DNA from: an uncultured Magnetococcales bacterium
Lineage (GTDB): Bacteria > Pseudomonadota > Alphaproteobacteria > UBA2136 > JAPKEQ01
NCBI GenBank assembly: GCA_964015495.1
Contig: CAXHDG010000013.1
Location: 782 to 64,781 of the forward strand
Direction: 5' to 3'
Length of the DNA stretch: 64,000 nt
Position 1 is the first letter of the stretch; each line of letters starts with the position of its first letter. Of the stretch, positions 39,481-50,268 are shown piece by piece. The notes under the pieces are model-generated. The model saw nothing but the letters and a program-made list of their open reading frames with translations. It did no database searches and was not told where the DNA came from. Position numbers and translations under genes: made by a program.

Positions 39481-42111
39481 ATGAGTTTTTCTAAAGTTTT
39501 GGGACTACAAAAGATTTTCGGCACACGTAACGACCGTTACATTAAGGGTCTACTTCCAACAGTTCAGCGTATTAATGCACTTGAGAGCGAAATGAAAGCG
39601 CTTGACGATGATGCGCTTAAAGCAAAAACATCTGTATTTAAAGAGCGCCTAAAAGCCGGCGAAACAGTGGATGGCCTTCTGCCAGAAGCTTTTGCAGTTG
39701 TGCGTGAGGCTGCGTGGCGTTCTCTTGGTCTGCGTGCTTTTGATGTGCAGCTTATGGGGGGGATTATTCTTCACCGTGGTAACATTAGTGAAATGAAAAC
39801 AGGTGAAGGTAAAACACTTGTTGCCACATTTCCTGCTTACTTAAATGCACTTACAGGTGAAAGCGTGCATGTTGTCACGGTAAACGACTACCTTGCCAAG
39901 CGTGATAGCGAGTGGATGGCTCAGGTCTTTAACTTCCTTGGACTTTCTGTGTCAGCCCTTACAAATGACCTGCCACAAGACAAACGTAAAGAAGCTTATG
40001 CAAGTGATATTGTTTACGCGACGAATAATGAACTTGGTTTTGACTACTTGCGCGATAACATGACTTTTACATCAGAACAGCAGGTTCAACGCGACCTTGG
40101 TTTTGCTATTGTGGATGAGGTGGATAGTATCCTTGTGGATGAAGCGCGTACACCCCTTATTATTAGTGGGCCAACAGATGATAAGACAGGCCTTTACATG
40201 GTGATGAATAGTCTTGTGCCTGCTCTTAAGGCTGGTGATCATTATGAAGTTGACGAGAAAAGCCGCGCTGTAGCCCTTACAGATTCAGGTATTGATGCCG
40301 CTGAAGGTATTCTTAAAGAACAGGGCCTTATGGAAAAGGATGACAATCTGTACGACATGCAGCATGTCATGCTTGTTCATCACCTGACGCAGGCTCTTAA
40401 GGCACATGCCACGCTTCGCCGTGATGTAGATTACATTATCCATCAGGACGGTGTTGTTCTTATTGATGAGTTTACAGGTCGTATGACGCCTGGGCGTCGC
40501 CTCTCTGAGGGCCTTCACCAAGCGCTTGAAGCAAAAGAAGGTGTGCAGGTTCAAAATGAAAACCAAACAATGGCTTCTATTACCTTCCAGAACTACTTCC
40601 GTCTTTATGGCAAGCTTTCTGGTATGACAGGTACGGCTGAAACTGAAGCTGAAGAGTTTGAAAGTATCTACGGAATGGGCGTGATTGTTGTGCCAACAAA
40701 CATCACTGTTTCTCGCGTAGATGATACGGACATTATTTACCGTACTGCGGATGCTAAAATTAAAGCCGCAATTGCAGATATTAAATCTTGCGCAGAAAAA
40801 GGCCAACCTGTTCTGGTGGGAACAAGCTCTATTGAAAAGAGTGAGCTGCTTTCTGAGCATCTTAAAACTGCACGCATTCAACATGAGGTTTTAAATGCGC
40901 GCCATCACGAACGTGAAGCTGAAATTATTGCACAGGCAGGCCGCCTTGGCGCTGTAACAATTGCAACAAACATGGCTGGTCGTGGTACAGATATTAAACT
41001 TGGTGGTAATCTCGATCTTCTACTTGAAGGGGTTGAAGATGAAGCTGAGCGCAAAGCTATTTCTGATAAGTATGACAAAGAAAAAGCAAAGGTTGTTGAG
41101 CTAGGCGGTTTGCGTGTTATTGGTACGGAGCGTAACGAGTCTCGCCGTATTGATAACCAGCTGCGTGGCCGTGCTGGCCGTCAAGGGGATGCGGGATCAA
41201 GTGTATTCTATATTTCTCTTCAAGATGACCTAATGCGTATTTTTGCTAAAAACTTAGATGGCATGATGGCGCGTCTTGATATGCCAGAAGATGAAGCGAT
41301 TCAAAGCCGTCTTGTAGGTGCTGCAATTGAAACAGCACAGCGTAAAATTGAAGGTCGTAACTTTGAAATTCGTAAGAGCCTTTTAAAATTTGATAATATT
41401 TTAAACGACCAGCGTAAGACAGTTTATGAACACCGTAATGATATTTTAGGTGATGATGATTTGAGCGATGTTATTGAAGCTTATCGCGAAGAAGCACACC
41501 AGCTTTCTCACAGTAATGCCTTTGTTGGTAACTATGCTGAAAAGTGGAATATTGACTCTTACAAAGATGCGCTTCTGCGTTACTTTGATGTGAAGCTTGA
41601 TGTTGATAAGTGGGTAGAGGCTGGCAAATCTCCAGAAGATATCTTTACGGAGGCACAAAAGCATATTGCAGAGGTTTGGAATCAAAAGAATGAACGTCTT
41701 GGCGCAGAAGTGATGCGTAAAATGGAAAAAGGCATTCTTCTTCAGGCACTGGATATGCAGTGGAAAGATCACTTGCAACGCTTAGACTATCTTAAGCAAG
41801 GGATTCATTTGCGCGGATATGGCCAAAAAGATCCTCTTAATGAGTTCAAAAAAGAAGCGTTTGGTATGTTTAGCGACTTGCTTGACCGTGTGCGTGATGA
41901 AACTGTGATGATTACAGCGCGCGTAGATGTGCGTAAGGAAGATAAGGCAGAGTTTCTTGCAAAGGATCAAGCTTCAGAAGCAGAAAATGCAAATGATACT
42001 CATGTTGATTTTTCAAGTATGGATATCTCGCGTAATGCGCCATGCCCATGCGGAAGTGGCAAAAAGTTTAAGCATTGTCATGGAGCTGTTGAATCCTCTG
42101 AAGTTGCGTAG
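39481..42111 (+). CDS. secA: preprotein translocase ATPase SecA
   Basis: Full-length, with the Walker A MKTGEGKT, DEAD-like motor and the C-terminal Zn finger CPCGSGKKFKHCHG. Confidence 0.97.
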   Translation: MSFSKVLGLQKIFGTRNDRYIKGLLPTVQRINALESEMKALDDDALKAKTSVFKERLKAGETVDGLLPEAFAVVREAAWRSLGLRAFDVQLMGGIILHRGNISEMKTGEGKTLVATFPAYLNALTGESVHVVTVNDYLAKRDSEWMAQVFNFLGLSVSALTNDLPQDKRKEAYASDIVYATNNELGFDYLRDNMTFTSEQQVQRDLGFAIVDEVDSILVDEARTPLIISGPTDDKTGLYMVMNSLVPALKAGDHYEVDEKSRAVALTDSGIDAAEGILKEQGLMEKDDNLYDMQHVMLVHHLTQALKAHATLRRDVDYIIHQDGVVLIDEFTGRMTPGRRLSEGLHQALEAKEGVQVQNENQTMASITFQNYFRLYGKLSGMTGTAETEAEEFESIYGMGVIVVPTNITVSRVDDTDIIYRTADAKIKAAIADIKSCAEKGQPVLVGTSSIEKSELLSEHLKTARIQHEVLNARHHEREAEIIAQAGRLGAVTIATNMAGRGTDIKLGGNLDLLLEGVEDEAERKAISDKYDKEKAKVVELGGLRVIGTERNESRRIDNQLRGRAGRQGDAGSSVFYISLQDDLMRIFAKNLDGMMARLDMPEDEAIQSRLVGAAIETAQRKIEGRNFEIRKSLLKFDNILNDQRKTVYEHRNDILGDDDLSDVIEAYREEAHQLSHSNAFVGNYAEKWNIDSYKDALLRYFDVKLDVDKWVEAGKSPEDIFTEAQKHIAEVWNQKNERLGAEVMRKMEKGILLQALDMQWKDHLQRLDYLKQGIHLRGYGQKDPLNEFKKEAFGMFSDLLDRVRDETVMITARVDVRKEDKAEFLAKDQASEAENANDTHVDFSSMDISRNAPCPCGSGKKFKHCHGAVESSEVA

Positions 42112-42127
42112 GTATATTTAATAAAAT

Positions 42128-42165
42128 AAAAAGCCCCGGAACTTCTACTTTCGGGGCTTTTTGTA
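42128..42165 (+). terminator. intrinsic terminator after secA
   Basis: gccccgga...tcggggc plus T-run. Confidence 0.7.
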
Positions 42166-42236
42166 TGCTAGGCTTTTTGCAGGAGCCATGCTATAGTTTT
42201 GGTTTATAAATAGAGTTTTAGGAGAGAAATCGTAAA

Positions 42237-43643
42237 ATGACGGTTCGTGTTCGCTTTGCTCCCAGCCCAACAGGGAAGCTACATATAGGAAATATTCGCA
42301 CAGCGCTAATGAATGCGCTTTACGCTAAGCGTAATGGAGGCGTTTTTGTACTTCGTTTTGAAGACACAGATTTTGAGCGTGAGGTACGCGGTGCTGAAAG
42401 CCAAATGCTAGATGATATGGCTTGGCTTGGCATGTCACCAGATGAGGGGCCTCATAAAGATGGTGGTTTTGGGCCTTATTACACAATGCAGCGTGCTGAG
42501 CGTGGGGATTACAAAGAAGCTTTAGAAAAGCTTTTTGCGGATGGTCGTGCTTATGAGTGCTTTGTGACAAAGGACGAGCTAGACCTCATGCGTAAGATTC
42601 AAAGCAGTCAAGGCAAACCGCCGCATTACGATAACCGTCACCGCAATCTTACAGAGGCTGAAAAAGATGCCTTTCGCGCGGAGGGACGTGAAAGCGTTAT
42701 CCGTTTCAAGCTTAATGAAGGCAAAATTCACTTTGATGATATGGTGCGCGGCACTGTAGAGTTTGATGCTGCAAACCTTGGCGGAGACCCTGTTATTATA
42801 CGTAGTAACGGTGTACCTATTTTTGCCTTTGGCGGCGCAGTTGATGATGTTAACCAAAAGATCACTCATGTGATCCGTGGCGAAGACCATGTTACCAATA
42901 CGGCTATTCAGGTTCAAATTTTTGAAGCGCTTGGCGGTACTGTGCCAATATTTGCACATATGCCTATGCTTGCAGCTGAAGATGGCAGTAAGCTTTCTAA
43001 GCGTCTAGATAGTTTTTCCCTACAGGAAATGCGCGCTGAAGGGTATCACCCTCTCGCTATTTTGAACTACATTGCAAGCCTTGGCTTTTCAGATATGCCA
43101 AAAGCAACAACAGTAGAAGAGCTTTCTCAGCAGGTGGATATTTCTAAAATGGGCCGTTCAACGGTGCGCCTTGATGTGTCTCAGCTTAAAAAAGCCAATG
43201 CACATATTTTGCATGAACTTTCTTATGAGGGCGCAAAACCTTTCCTTGCTGCTGTAGATGCTTGGAAGCGTGTACCAGAAGATAAAAAAGAGACTTTTTG
43301 GATGGTTGTGCGCGGTAACATTGAGAGATTTGATGAAATTGACCCGCTTGTTGAGATTTGCTTTGCAGCTGATATGGCCTCTCCTGCGCTTGAGGCTGAT
43401 GATAAAAGCTATATAGAAGCTGCTGTAGAATGCTTGCCTGCCTCTCCTTATACTGAGGCAACATGGCAGGAATGGACAGGGACTCTAAAAGAGAAAACAA
43501 GCCGTAAAGGTAAGGCGCTGTTTATGCCCCTTCGTCTTGCGCTTACAGGCATGAACCATGGCCCTGAACTGGCTGATTTGATGCCAGTTATAGGTGAGAA
43601 ACTTACAAAAAAACGTCTGCAAAGCGCAGCAAAAGGAGTTTAA
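42237..43643 (+). CDS. gltX: glutamate--tRNA ligase
   Basis: HIGH motif (PSPTGKLHIGNIRTAL) and KMSKS-like KLSKR. Confidence 0.95.
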   Translation: MTVRVRFAPSPTGKLHIGNIRTALMNALYAKRNGGVFVLRFEDTDFEREVRGAESQMLDDMAWLGMSPDEGPHKDGGFGPYYTMQRAERGDYKEALEKLFADGRAYECFVTKDELDLMRKIQSSQGKPPHYDNRHRNLTEAEKDAFRAEGRESVIRFKLNEGKIHFDDMVRGTVEFDAANLGGDPVIIRSNGVPIFAFGGAVDDVNQKITHVIRGEDHVTNTAIQVQIFEALGGTVPIFAHMPMLAAEDGSKLSKRLDSFSLQEMRAEGYHPLAILNYIASLGFSDMPKATTVEELSQQVDISKMGRSTVRLDVSQLKKANAHILHELSYEGAKPFLAAVDAWKRVPEDKKETFWMVVRGNIERFDEIDPLVEICFAADMASPALEADDKSYIEAAVECLPASPYTEATWQEWTGTLKEKTSRKGKALFMPLRLALTGMNHGPELADLMPVIGEKLTKKRLQSAAKGV

Positions 43644-43653
43644 GGAATTATAT

Positions 43654-45090
43654 ATGGGTGACTCTTACACACATTTAGGCCATGTACTGCCACTTTCATT
43701 TTATAATACATTGGATCGAAAAAAAGAAACATTTAAGCCTCTTGTTGATGGGCAGGTAGGCATGTATGTGTGTGGTGTTACGCCTTATGATCATAGTCAT
43801 GTAGGGCATGCGCGTGTATATGTTGTATTTGATACTCTTTATAGGCTTCTTAAGGCTGGTGGCTGGAAAGCAAAGTATGTACGTAACTTTACTGACATAG
43901 ATGATAAGATTATAGCGCGTGCGTCAGAAATTGGTGAAGATCCTTTAAACCTTTCTAAACGCTTTATTGCTTCATTTCATGAAGATATGAAAGCTTTAAA
44001 TGTATTAACGCCTGACCATGAACCTATGGTGACAACGCATATACCAGAAATCGTGCTAATGATTCAAGACTTAGTTGCAAATGGTTCTGCTTATGTAACT
44101 GCATCTGGCGATGTTATGTATCGTGTGTCTTCTTTTGAGGGTTACGGCAAGCTATCTGGTAAAAATGTTAAGGACCTTCAGGCAGGTGCGCGTGTTGATG
44201 TGAATGATGAAAAAGAAGCCCCGGCAGATTTTGCGCTTTGGAAGGCTGCAAAGCCAGGCGAACCTAACTGGGAAAGCCCATGGGGTAATGGACGTCCAGG
44301 GTGGCATATTGAGTGTAGTGCTATGAGTAGTAAGTATCTTGGCAAGACATTTGATATTCATGCGGGCGGAGAAGATTTGCAGTTTCCGCACCATGAAAAT
44401 GAAATTGCACAAAGTGAAGCCTGCAATGGCTGCGCTTATGTTACAACATGGTTGCACAATGCCTTTATTACGGTAGACGGTAAGAAGATGAGTAAGTCTG
44501 TTGGTAATTTTATTACCATTAAGGATGTTCTTAAAGATTATCACGGCGAAGCTATGCGTCTCTTTATTCTGACAACCCATTACCGTAAACCTGTAGATTT
44601 TAGTGATGAAGCTCTTTCTGCGGCAACAACTGCTATAGAGAAGTTTTACCGCGGCCTTTACAGGTCTATGCACCTTGAAATGGATAGTGCTCATTTTAAT
44701 GAAGAAATCCTGAGCGAATTCTATGAGAGCCTGGCGGATGATTTGAATACGCCTCAAGCTTTAGCGCTTATGCACCAAGTTCTGAAAAGTTTAAATAACA
44801 ATTTAGATTCTGGTCAAAACGAGCATGCAGCAAGGGATCGTGCAACGCTTCTTCATATGGGCCATGTGATGGGCATGCTCTATCAAGACCCTAAAACATA
44901 CTTAGAAGGTAAGCCAACAAGCCTTTCCAGTGATATGAGCGATGATGATATTGCAAAAATGATTGCTGAGAGAAACGAGGCACGAAATAATAAAAACTTT
45001 GCGCGCTCTGATGAGATCCGTGATGAGCTTATGGCTAAAGGTATTATGATTGAAGATAGTGCAACAGGCACAAGCTGGAGACGTGGTTAA
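43654..45090 (+). CDS. cysS: cysteine--tRNA ligase
   Basis: HIGH (CGVTPYDHSHVGHAR) and KMSKS. Zn-binding Cys residues. The start was set at MGDSYTH. Confidence 0.95.
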   Translation: MGDSYTHLGHVLPLSFYNTLDRKKETFKPLVDGQVGMYVCGVTPYDHSHVGHARVYVVFDTLYRLLKAGGWKAKYVRNFTDIDDKIIARASEIGEDPLNLSKRFIASFHEDMKALNVLTPDHEPMVTTHIPEIVLMIQDLVANGSAYVTASGDVMYRVSSFEGYGKLSGKNVKDLQAGARVDVNDEKEAPADFALWKAAKPGEPNWESPWGNGRPGWHIECSAMSSKYLGKTFDIHAGGEDLQFPHHENEIAQSEACNGCAYVTTWLHNAFITVDGKKMSKSVGNFITIKDVLKDYHGEAMRLFILTTHYRKPVDFSDEALSAATTAIEKFYRGLYRSMHLEMDSAHFNEEILSEFYESLADDLNTPQALALMHQVLKSLNNNLDSGQNEHAARDRATLLHMGHVMGMLYQDPKTYLEGKPTSLSSDMSDDDIAKMIAERNEARNNKNFARSDEIRDELMAKGIMIEDSATGTSWRRG

Positions 45091-45680
45091 TGACGACAGA
45101 AGTTTATAAAAATATAACGGAACGCCGTAGTGTGACTAAAGTTCTGGATGAACCAGTTGAGCGCATTACTATTGAGCGTATTTTAACAGCTGCTTGTTGG
45201 GCGCCAAGCCATTATAGAACATACCCTTGGCGCTTTACAGTGTTTGAAGGAGAAGGGCGACACGCCCTTGCAGAGGCTATGGCCATGGGGGCGGCAGATC
45301 GGCATGATGGCAGCCCAAGTGAAAAAGAAGAAAAAGCTGCGATGATGTACCAAAAAGCATTTCGCGCACCTGTTATTATTACGGTTCATGCGGCAGTTGG
45401 GCGCTCAAAATTTAAAAACCCACCAACATGGGAAGATATTGCAGCCACTTGTGCCGCGTCTCAAAATTTACTCCTTGCAGCTTCTGCTGAAGGTCTTGGC
45501 GCGATTTGGCGCACGGGAGATGTGGTGAATTATCCTACAGTGCAGGAATTGCTTAAGCTTGACGTGCAGGCTGGCGATACGATTCTTGGATATGTTTATA
45601 TTGGACACCCGGATATGGACGCAGATCAGCCCTTGCGCCCAGCGCCTAAAGTGAATGACTTCGTCACATATATTTCTTGA
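45090..45680 (+). CDS. nitroreductase-family protein
   Basis: N-terminal RRSVTKVLDEPV...ILTAACWAPSH is typical of the nitroreductase fold. Confidence 0.8.
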   Translation: MTTEVYKNITERRSVTKVLDEPVERITIERILTAACWAPSHYRTYPWRFTVFEGEGRHALAEAMAMGAADRHDGSPSEKEEKAAMMYQKAFRAPVIITVHAAVGRSKFKNPPTWEDIAATCAASQNLLLAASAEGLGAIWRTGDVVNYPTVQELLKLDVQAGDTILGYVYIGHPDMDADQPLRPAPKVNDFVTYIS

Positions 45681-45760
45681 TAAATTAGCGCTTTTTAGCT
45701 AAAAAGGGAGCTGAGATTTAATCTCTGTTCCTTTTTTCTCTCTTTTTGAGGAGTTTCTCT

Positions 45761-46468
45761 ATGGAAAATCATGTCGACGATTATACTGGCGTAAGCCATG
45801 ATGAAGGCTTGCGCGCCTACTTTATTGGTATTTTTAATCGTATGCTTTTGGGCTTGCTGATTACTGCTGGTGTGGCATATTCTTTGCCGGGTCTTTTACC
45901 TGGGATTGAAGATTCTATGAATGGTGGTGCTTATCGGATTTTTTGGTGGGTAGCTGTCGCCTTTGAGTTCATTCTCATTTTTGTGATTGCAAGTAAGGCC
46001 ACGAGTATGAATGGCGCTGCGGCAACTACGTGGTTCTACGTATTCGCTGCGCTGAATGGGTTTACGCTTCTTCCTATCACCTATGTTTATACGCAGGAGA
46101 GCATTGCTCTTGCCTTTGTATCAGCTGCTAGTGTGTTTGCAGGTGCTGCTTTGTATGGCTATACAACCAAAAAAGATATCACGGGCTGGGGTAATATTCT
46201 GTTCATGGGCTTGATTGGTTTGATTGTAGCGATGCTTATCAACCTGTTTCTGGCATCTAGCATGTTTGGCTACTTGCTGAGTATTGCTGGTGTGGTTCTT
46301 TTTACAGCACTGACTGCATGGGATATGCAGAAATTGAAAAAGCTGTATTTTGATAACCCTGAGCGTGCGGAGCAAATGGCCGCTTGTGGCGCTTTGGATC
46401 TGTATCTAGATTTTATCAATTTGTTCTTGTTTATCTTGCGCTTGATTGGCGTAAAGGTGAAAGACTGA
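45761..46468 (+). CDS. Bax inhibitor-1/YccA (TMBIM) family membrane protein
   Basis: Seven TM helices. N-terminal ...LRAYFIGIFNRMLLGL.... Confidence 0.8.
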   Translation: MENHVDDYTGVSHDEGLRAYFIGIFNRMLLGLLITAGVAYSLPGLLPGIEDSMNGGAYRIFWWVAVAFEFILIFVIASKATSMNGAAATTWFYVFAALNGFTLLPITYVYTQESIALAFVSAASVFAGAALYGYTTKKDITGWGNILFMGLIGLIVAMLINLFLASSMFGYLLSIAGVVLFTALTAWDMQKLKKLYFDNPERAEQMAACGALDLYLDFINLFLFILRLIGVKVKD

Positions 46469-46507
46469 ATCGAACTTGAGAAAGGCAGCCACTGGCTGCC
46501 TTTTTCT

Positions 46508-47365
46508 TTATTTTTGAAGTTTCTTTTTTAAGGCTTCGTCTAGGCCAATTTCGGCGCTTCCTGGTGCAAGTGGCTTTTGCTGGCTTTCATGGGGGAACCA
46601 TCCTGATAATGTTAATACTTCTACTGTGAGCGGCAGAGCCTGATTTTCTGTTTGAAAGGCTTTCATGTAAGCTTTTTGCATTTTTTGTAAGCGGGTAACA
46701 TGTCCAAGAGATTGGCCTCTTTTAGGGTGCAGGTTTAAAACGCCGTGGGCACGCATATCGCTATACATGTCAGAGAAAGAAGGGTAAGCCACTGTGATTT
46801 TATCTTTATCAACAACAGGAAGAGCAAATTTAAAAGTTTGCAAAAGGCTTCCCATATCTTTAATGTCTGCAAATGGGCCTGTTATGCCATGGGTATCTTT
46901 TACAAATTTTGCGCTCTCTTTCCACTCATAAAAAGAATCTCCGCCTAGCATGTTAGCAATAAATAAACCATCGGGGATAAGGCCTTTTCCAAGGGCTAAA
47001 AGATGTTCAGGTAAGTCGTCAATGAGGTGTAGGCATAAGGTGCTGATGACAAGGTCGTACGCGCCTTTTTCAAGGTTGAGGGGCTGCATATCCCCGTTTG
47101 CATTAGAAAGTGTGTGGGTGGTAACCGAGGCATTTGGACAAAGTTTTTGTACAAGTTCGCATACAGGGGCATGCGTGAAGCTCACAACAGCAATGTTCTT
47201 GAATTCTTTTTTTGTATCAAGAATGCGATCTGCCAAGTTCTCTGCAATGTGCATTTCTATAGGAGAAAAAATACCATCTTGGTGGCGTTTCCAAATTTTT
47301 GAAAGCAGGCGCTTTCTTCCTGTGTGATTAAACATTTTGTTTTCTGTACCGTCTTTGTTTACCAT
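46508..47365 (-). CDS. putative class I SAM-dependent methyltransferase
   Basis: Rossmann-like ...NIAVVSF...DLVISTLCLH.... Conserved divergent partner of comF in alphaproteobacteria. Confidence 0.55.
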   Translation of the reverse strand: MVNKDGTENKMFNHTGRKRLLSKIWKRHQDGIFSPIEMHIAENLADRILDTKKEFKNIAVVSFTHAPVCELVQKLCPNASVTTHTLSNANGDMQPLNLEKGAYDLVISTLCLHLIDDLPEHLLALGKGLIPDGLFIANMLGGDSFYEWKESAKFVKDTHGITGPFADIKDMGSLLQTFKFALPVVDKDKITVAYPSFSDMYSDMRAHGVLNLHPKRGQSLGHVTRLQKMQKAYMKAFQTENQALPLTVEVLTLSGWFPHESQQKPLAPGSAEIGLDEALKKKLQK

Positions 47366-47371
47366 GGCGGT

Positions 47372-48049
47372 ATGATGTCGTTTTTATACAGGGCTGGCAA
47401 GGGGATTCATCATGCTTTAGGAGCATGTGTAGGCCAGGCGTGTCCTGTGTGCCTTTCTCCTGTTCAGGCAAATACGCCTAAGGTGTGTTTGGGGTGCTTT
47501 AAGGCACTTGAGGTTTGGGATAAAATCTTTCCACCAGAACCCTCTTTACCTGAGGGTGTTGATGGTTTCTTTGCGCCGCTCTTGTATGAGGAGAGCGTCA
47601 GGCGGCTTATCCACCAATATAAATATTCAGATAAGCGTATGCTTGTGCATGCTTTGCAACCTTTTTTAATAAAAGAGTTTGCTAAGCTAGATGAAGATAT
47701 TGATATCGTTATGGCTGTGCCGATGCATAAAAAACGCCAATGGTGGCGCCAATATAACCAATCTTTCCTGCTTGCTGAAGGGCTTTCAGGTGTTCAAAAT
47801 ATTCTACATGGGAGCGATTTTTTAACCAGAGGGCGCTCCACAAGACCTCAAAGAGGTTTAAGCGCAAAAAAGAGAAAAAGTAACCTAAAGGGTGCTTTTA
47901 ACGTATTAAAAGATATGGATGGGAAAAATGTTCTGCTTATAGATGATGTGTGGACCACTGGTAGCACTATGGCTGAGTGTGCTAAGGTGCTTAAAAAGGC
48001 AGGGGCGTCTAAGGTTTTTGCTATGACTCTCTGCTACGTAGAACCCTAA
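47372..48049 (+). CDS. comF: ComF-family protein (phosphoribosyltransferase domain)
   Basis: N-terminal CxxC pairs. C-terminal PRTase motif VLLIDDVWTTGSTMAE. Confidence 0.8.
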   Translation: MMSFLYRAGKGIHHALGACVGQACPVCLSPVQANTPKVCLGCFKALEVWDKIFPPEPSLPEGVDGFFAPLLYEESVRRLIHQYKYSDKRMLVHALQPFLIKEFAKLDEDIDIVMAVPMHKKRQWWRQYNQSFLLAEGLSGVQNILHGSDFLTRGRSTRPQRGLSAKKRKSNLKGAFNVLKDMDGKNVLLIDDVWTTGSTMAECAKVLKKAGASKVFAMTLCYVEP

Positions 48050-48174
48050 GGCTCGCCTTTTCTATTTTATGTGCCCTTCAGTGCTGCTTTGCACGTTGCG
48101 GCTTTAAAGTGAAAGTCTCAAACCGTTGGCGTTTGGGCGTTATAAATGTTTTTAAACCTAAAAAGGAAAAAGAA

Positions 48175-48426
48175 ATGGCAAAAGTTATAATTTATTCAAA
48201 AGAATACTGCCCTTTTTGTAGGGCTGTAAAAGCTTTGTTTGATGGGCTAGACCAGCCCTATGAGGTGATTGATATAGCGGAGCATCCAGAGCGCCGCGAT
48301 GAGATGATTCAAAAAGCTGGTGGCAGCACAACTGTGCCTCAAGTATTTGTGAATGATAAGCATTTGGGTGGTAATGATGATGTGCAAGCGCTGCACCAGC
48401 GCGGGCAGCTTCAGCCTCTCCTTTAG
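48175..48426 (+). CDS. grxC: glutaredoxin 3
   Basis: CPFC active site (YSKEYCPFCRAVKALF). TVPQVFVNDKHLGGNDD. Confidence 0.9.
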   Translation: MAKVIIYSKEYCPFCRAVKALFDGLDQPYEVIDIAEHPERRDEMIQKAGGSTTVPQVFVNDKHLGGNDDVQALHQRGQLQPLL

Positions 48427-48561
48427 CCCGAGGGATGCATAAAAAGGCTTTAAATGTCATTAAAATGCTTATAAAGCCTTGCATTTACGAGTGGGATGGT
48501 GCATAAGCAATGTGCATTTTATAAAAATGAACCAGATATTTTGAAAGTGAGGTGAAAGAGT

Positions 48562-48756
48562 ATGGTCCGCATTGATGTTCGTGAAAACGATGTCGAGCAC
48601 GCACTACGTAAGCTTAAAAAAGCGATGAACCGCGAGGGTATCATTCGTGAAATTAAGTTCCGTCGTCATTACGAAAAGCCTTTTGAAATTAGGCAGCGTA
48701 AAAAGCGTGAGGCGGAGCGTCGAATTCGTAAGTCTGAATCACGTCGCCCTAGCTAG
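48562..48756 (+). CDS. rpsU: 30S ribosomal protein S21
   Basis: 64 aa with [40 protein letters not shown]. Confidence 0.9.
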   Translation: MVRIDVRENDVEHALRKLKKAMNREGIIREIKFRRHYEKPFEIRQRKKREAERRIRKSESRRPS

Positions 48757-48767
48757 ACACTTTCTTA

Positions 48768-48796
48768 AAAGCACCCCAAGCGGGGTGCTTTTTTTA
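48768..48796 (+). terminator. intrinsic terminator after rpsU
   Basis: gcacccc-aagc-ggggtgc plus T7. Confidence 0.75.
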
Positions 48797-49014
48797 ATGA
48801 AAACAATTTAAAATGATTGATGTGGTTTCCAAAAAACATGCCTTGTCGCTCATGTGCAGCGGGGTAAACCTCGCTCCTCAAAATGTCTTTTGAAATTTCA
48901 AAATGCTAAGCAAGTCAGCTTCAATTCATTTCTAAATTGTTTTACCTGTGGCAGTTGAAAAAAATACCCCCACATGGTACAAATAAGCTCATAAAAATGA
49001 GGCCTTAAAAAGAT

Positions 49015-50265
49015 ATGAATTTACAAAACCCACGCGGAACATATGACGCGCTTCCTGAAATGTCAGAGCGTCTTCGTTTTATTGAAAATACAGCAGTTGA
49101 AGTTTTTAGACGTTATGGCTACGGAGAGATCCGTACACCTGTATTTGAACATATGGATGTTTTTGCCCGTAACGTGGGAGATAGTACCGATATCGTCAGC
49201 AAAGAGATGTATGTATTTGATGATCGTGGTGGCGATAAAATGGCATTGCGTCCAGAAGGCACAGCAGGCGTTGTACGTGCTTATTACTCAAATGGCCTTA
49301 AGCAAAACTTACCTCTTAAGCTTTGCTATGCGGGCATTCCAGTATTTCGTTATGAGCGTCCACAAAAAGGACGTTACCGCCAGCACCATCAAGTGGGTAT
49401 TGAATGTTTTGGCTTTAACGGCCCGGCTGCTGATGTGGAAACTATTGCAATTGGTTTTGCACTTCTCAAAGCGCTTGGTATTGATGATGGCCTTTATGTC
49501 ACTGTAAATAGCCTTGGTAGCAAACAAGATCGCGTAAAATATCGTGAAGCTTTGGTGGCTTATTTTGAACCGCATTTTGAAAAACTTTCAGCTGATTCAA
49601 AAGAGCGTCTGCACAAAAACCCGCTCCGTATTTTAGATAGTAAATCTGAAAATGACCGCGCGCTGCTTGGTGATGCACCCAAACTTGAAGATTACTTATC
49701 TGAAGAATCTAAAGCGCATTTTGCAGATGTAAAAGCTGGTCTTGATACATTGGGTCTCCCTTACAAATTTGATGGCACACTTGTGCGTGGGCTTGATTAT
49801 TACACGCATACTGTTTTTGAAATTCACAGCGACAAGCTCGGCGCACAAAGCCAAGTCATTTCTGGCGGACGTTACGACGGTCTTGTTGAGCAAATGGGTA
49901 AAGACAGCGTGGCCGGCGTTGGTTTTGGATCTGGCACAGAGCGCCTTGAAGCGATTATGCGCGAAATGGATATGAAACGCCGCCCGGTGAGCTTTATTGC
50001 AATGGGTGAGGGCACAACAGTTGAAGCGCTTCGCCTTGCAGATAAGCTTCGTGCCGTAGGTCTTTACGCAGATGTATCGCTAGATGGTGGAAGTTTTAAA
50101 TCTCAAATGAAACGCGCGAATAAGCTGAATGCTTGCTATAGCGTCATCATTGGTGAAGACGAAATGAAGTCTGGCGAGTATCAACTCAAAGATATGGACT
50201 CTGGCGAACAGCATAGCCTTCGTCCTGATGACCTTATCTCATATCTCACAAGAGCTGGGAAGTAA
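49015..50265 (+). CDS. hisS: histidine--tRNA ligase
   Basis: Class II motifs; ...MALRPEGTAGVVRAY...; a C-terminal anticodon-binding domain. Confidence 0.95.
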   Translation: MNLQNPRGTYDALPEMSERLRFIENTAVEVFRRYGYGEIRTPVFEHMDVFARNVGDSTDIVSKEMYVFDDRGGDKMALRPEGTAGVVRAYYSNGLKQNLPLKLCYAGIPVFRYERPQKGRYRQHHQVGIECFGFNGPAADVETIAIGFALLKALGIDDGLYVTVNSLGSKQDRVKYREALVAYFEPHFEKLSADSKERLHKNPLRILDSKSENDRALLGDAPKLEDYLSEESKAHFADVKAGLDTLGLPYKFDGTLVRGLDYYTHTVFEIHSDKLGAQSQVISGGRYDGLVEQMGKDSVAGVGFGSGTERLEAIMREMDMKRRPVSFIAMGEGTTVEALRLADKLRAVGLYADVSLDGGSFKSQMKRANKLNACYSVIIGEDEMKSGEYQLKDMDSGEQHSLRPDDLISYLTRAGK

Positions 50266-50268
50266 TTC

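Noticed and set aside
40285-40884. 199-aa minus-strand ORF within secA (also 41446..41970, 44152..44757 in cysS, 60948..61649 in clpX)
   Set aside because: Embedded in highly conserved essential genes on the other strand.
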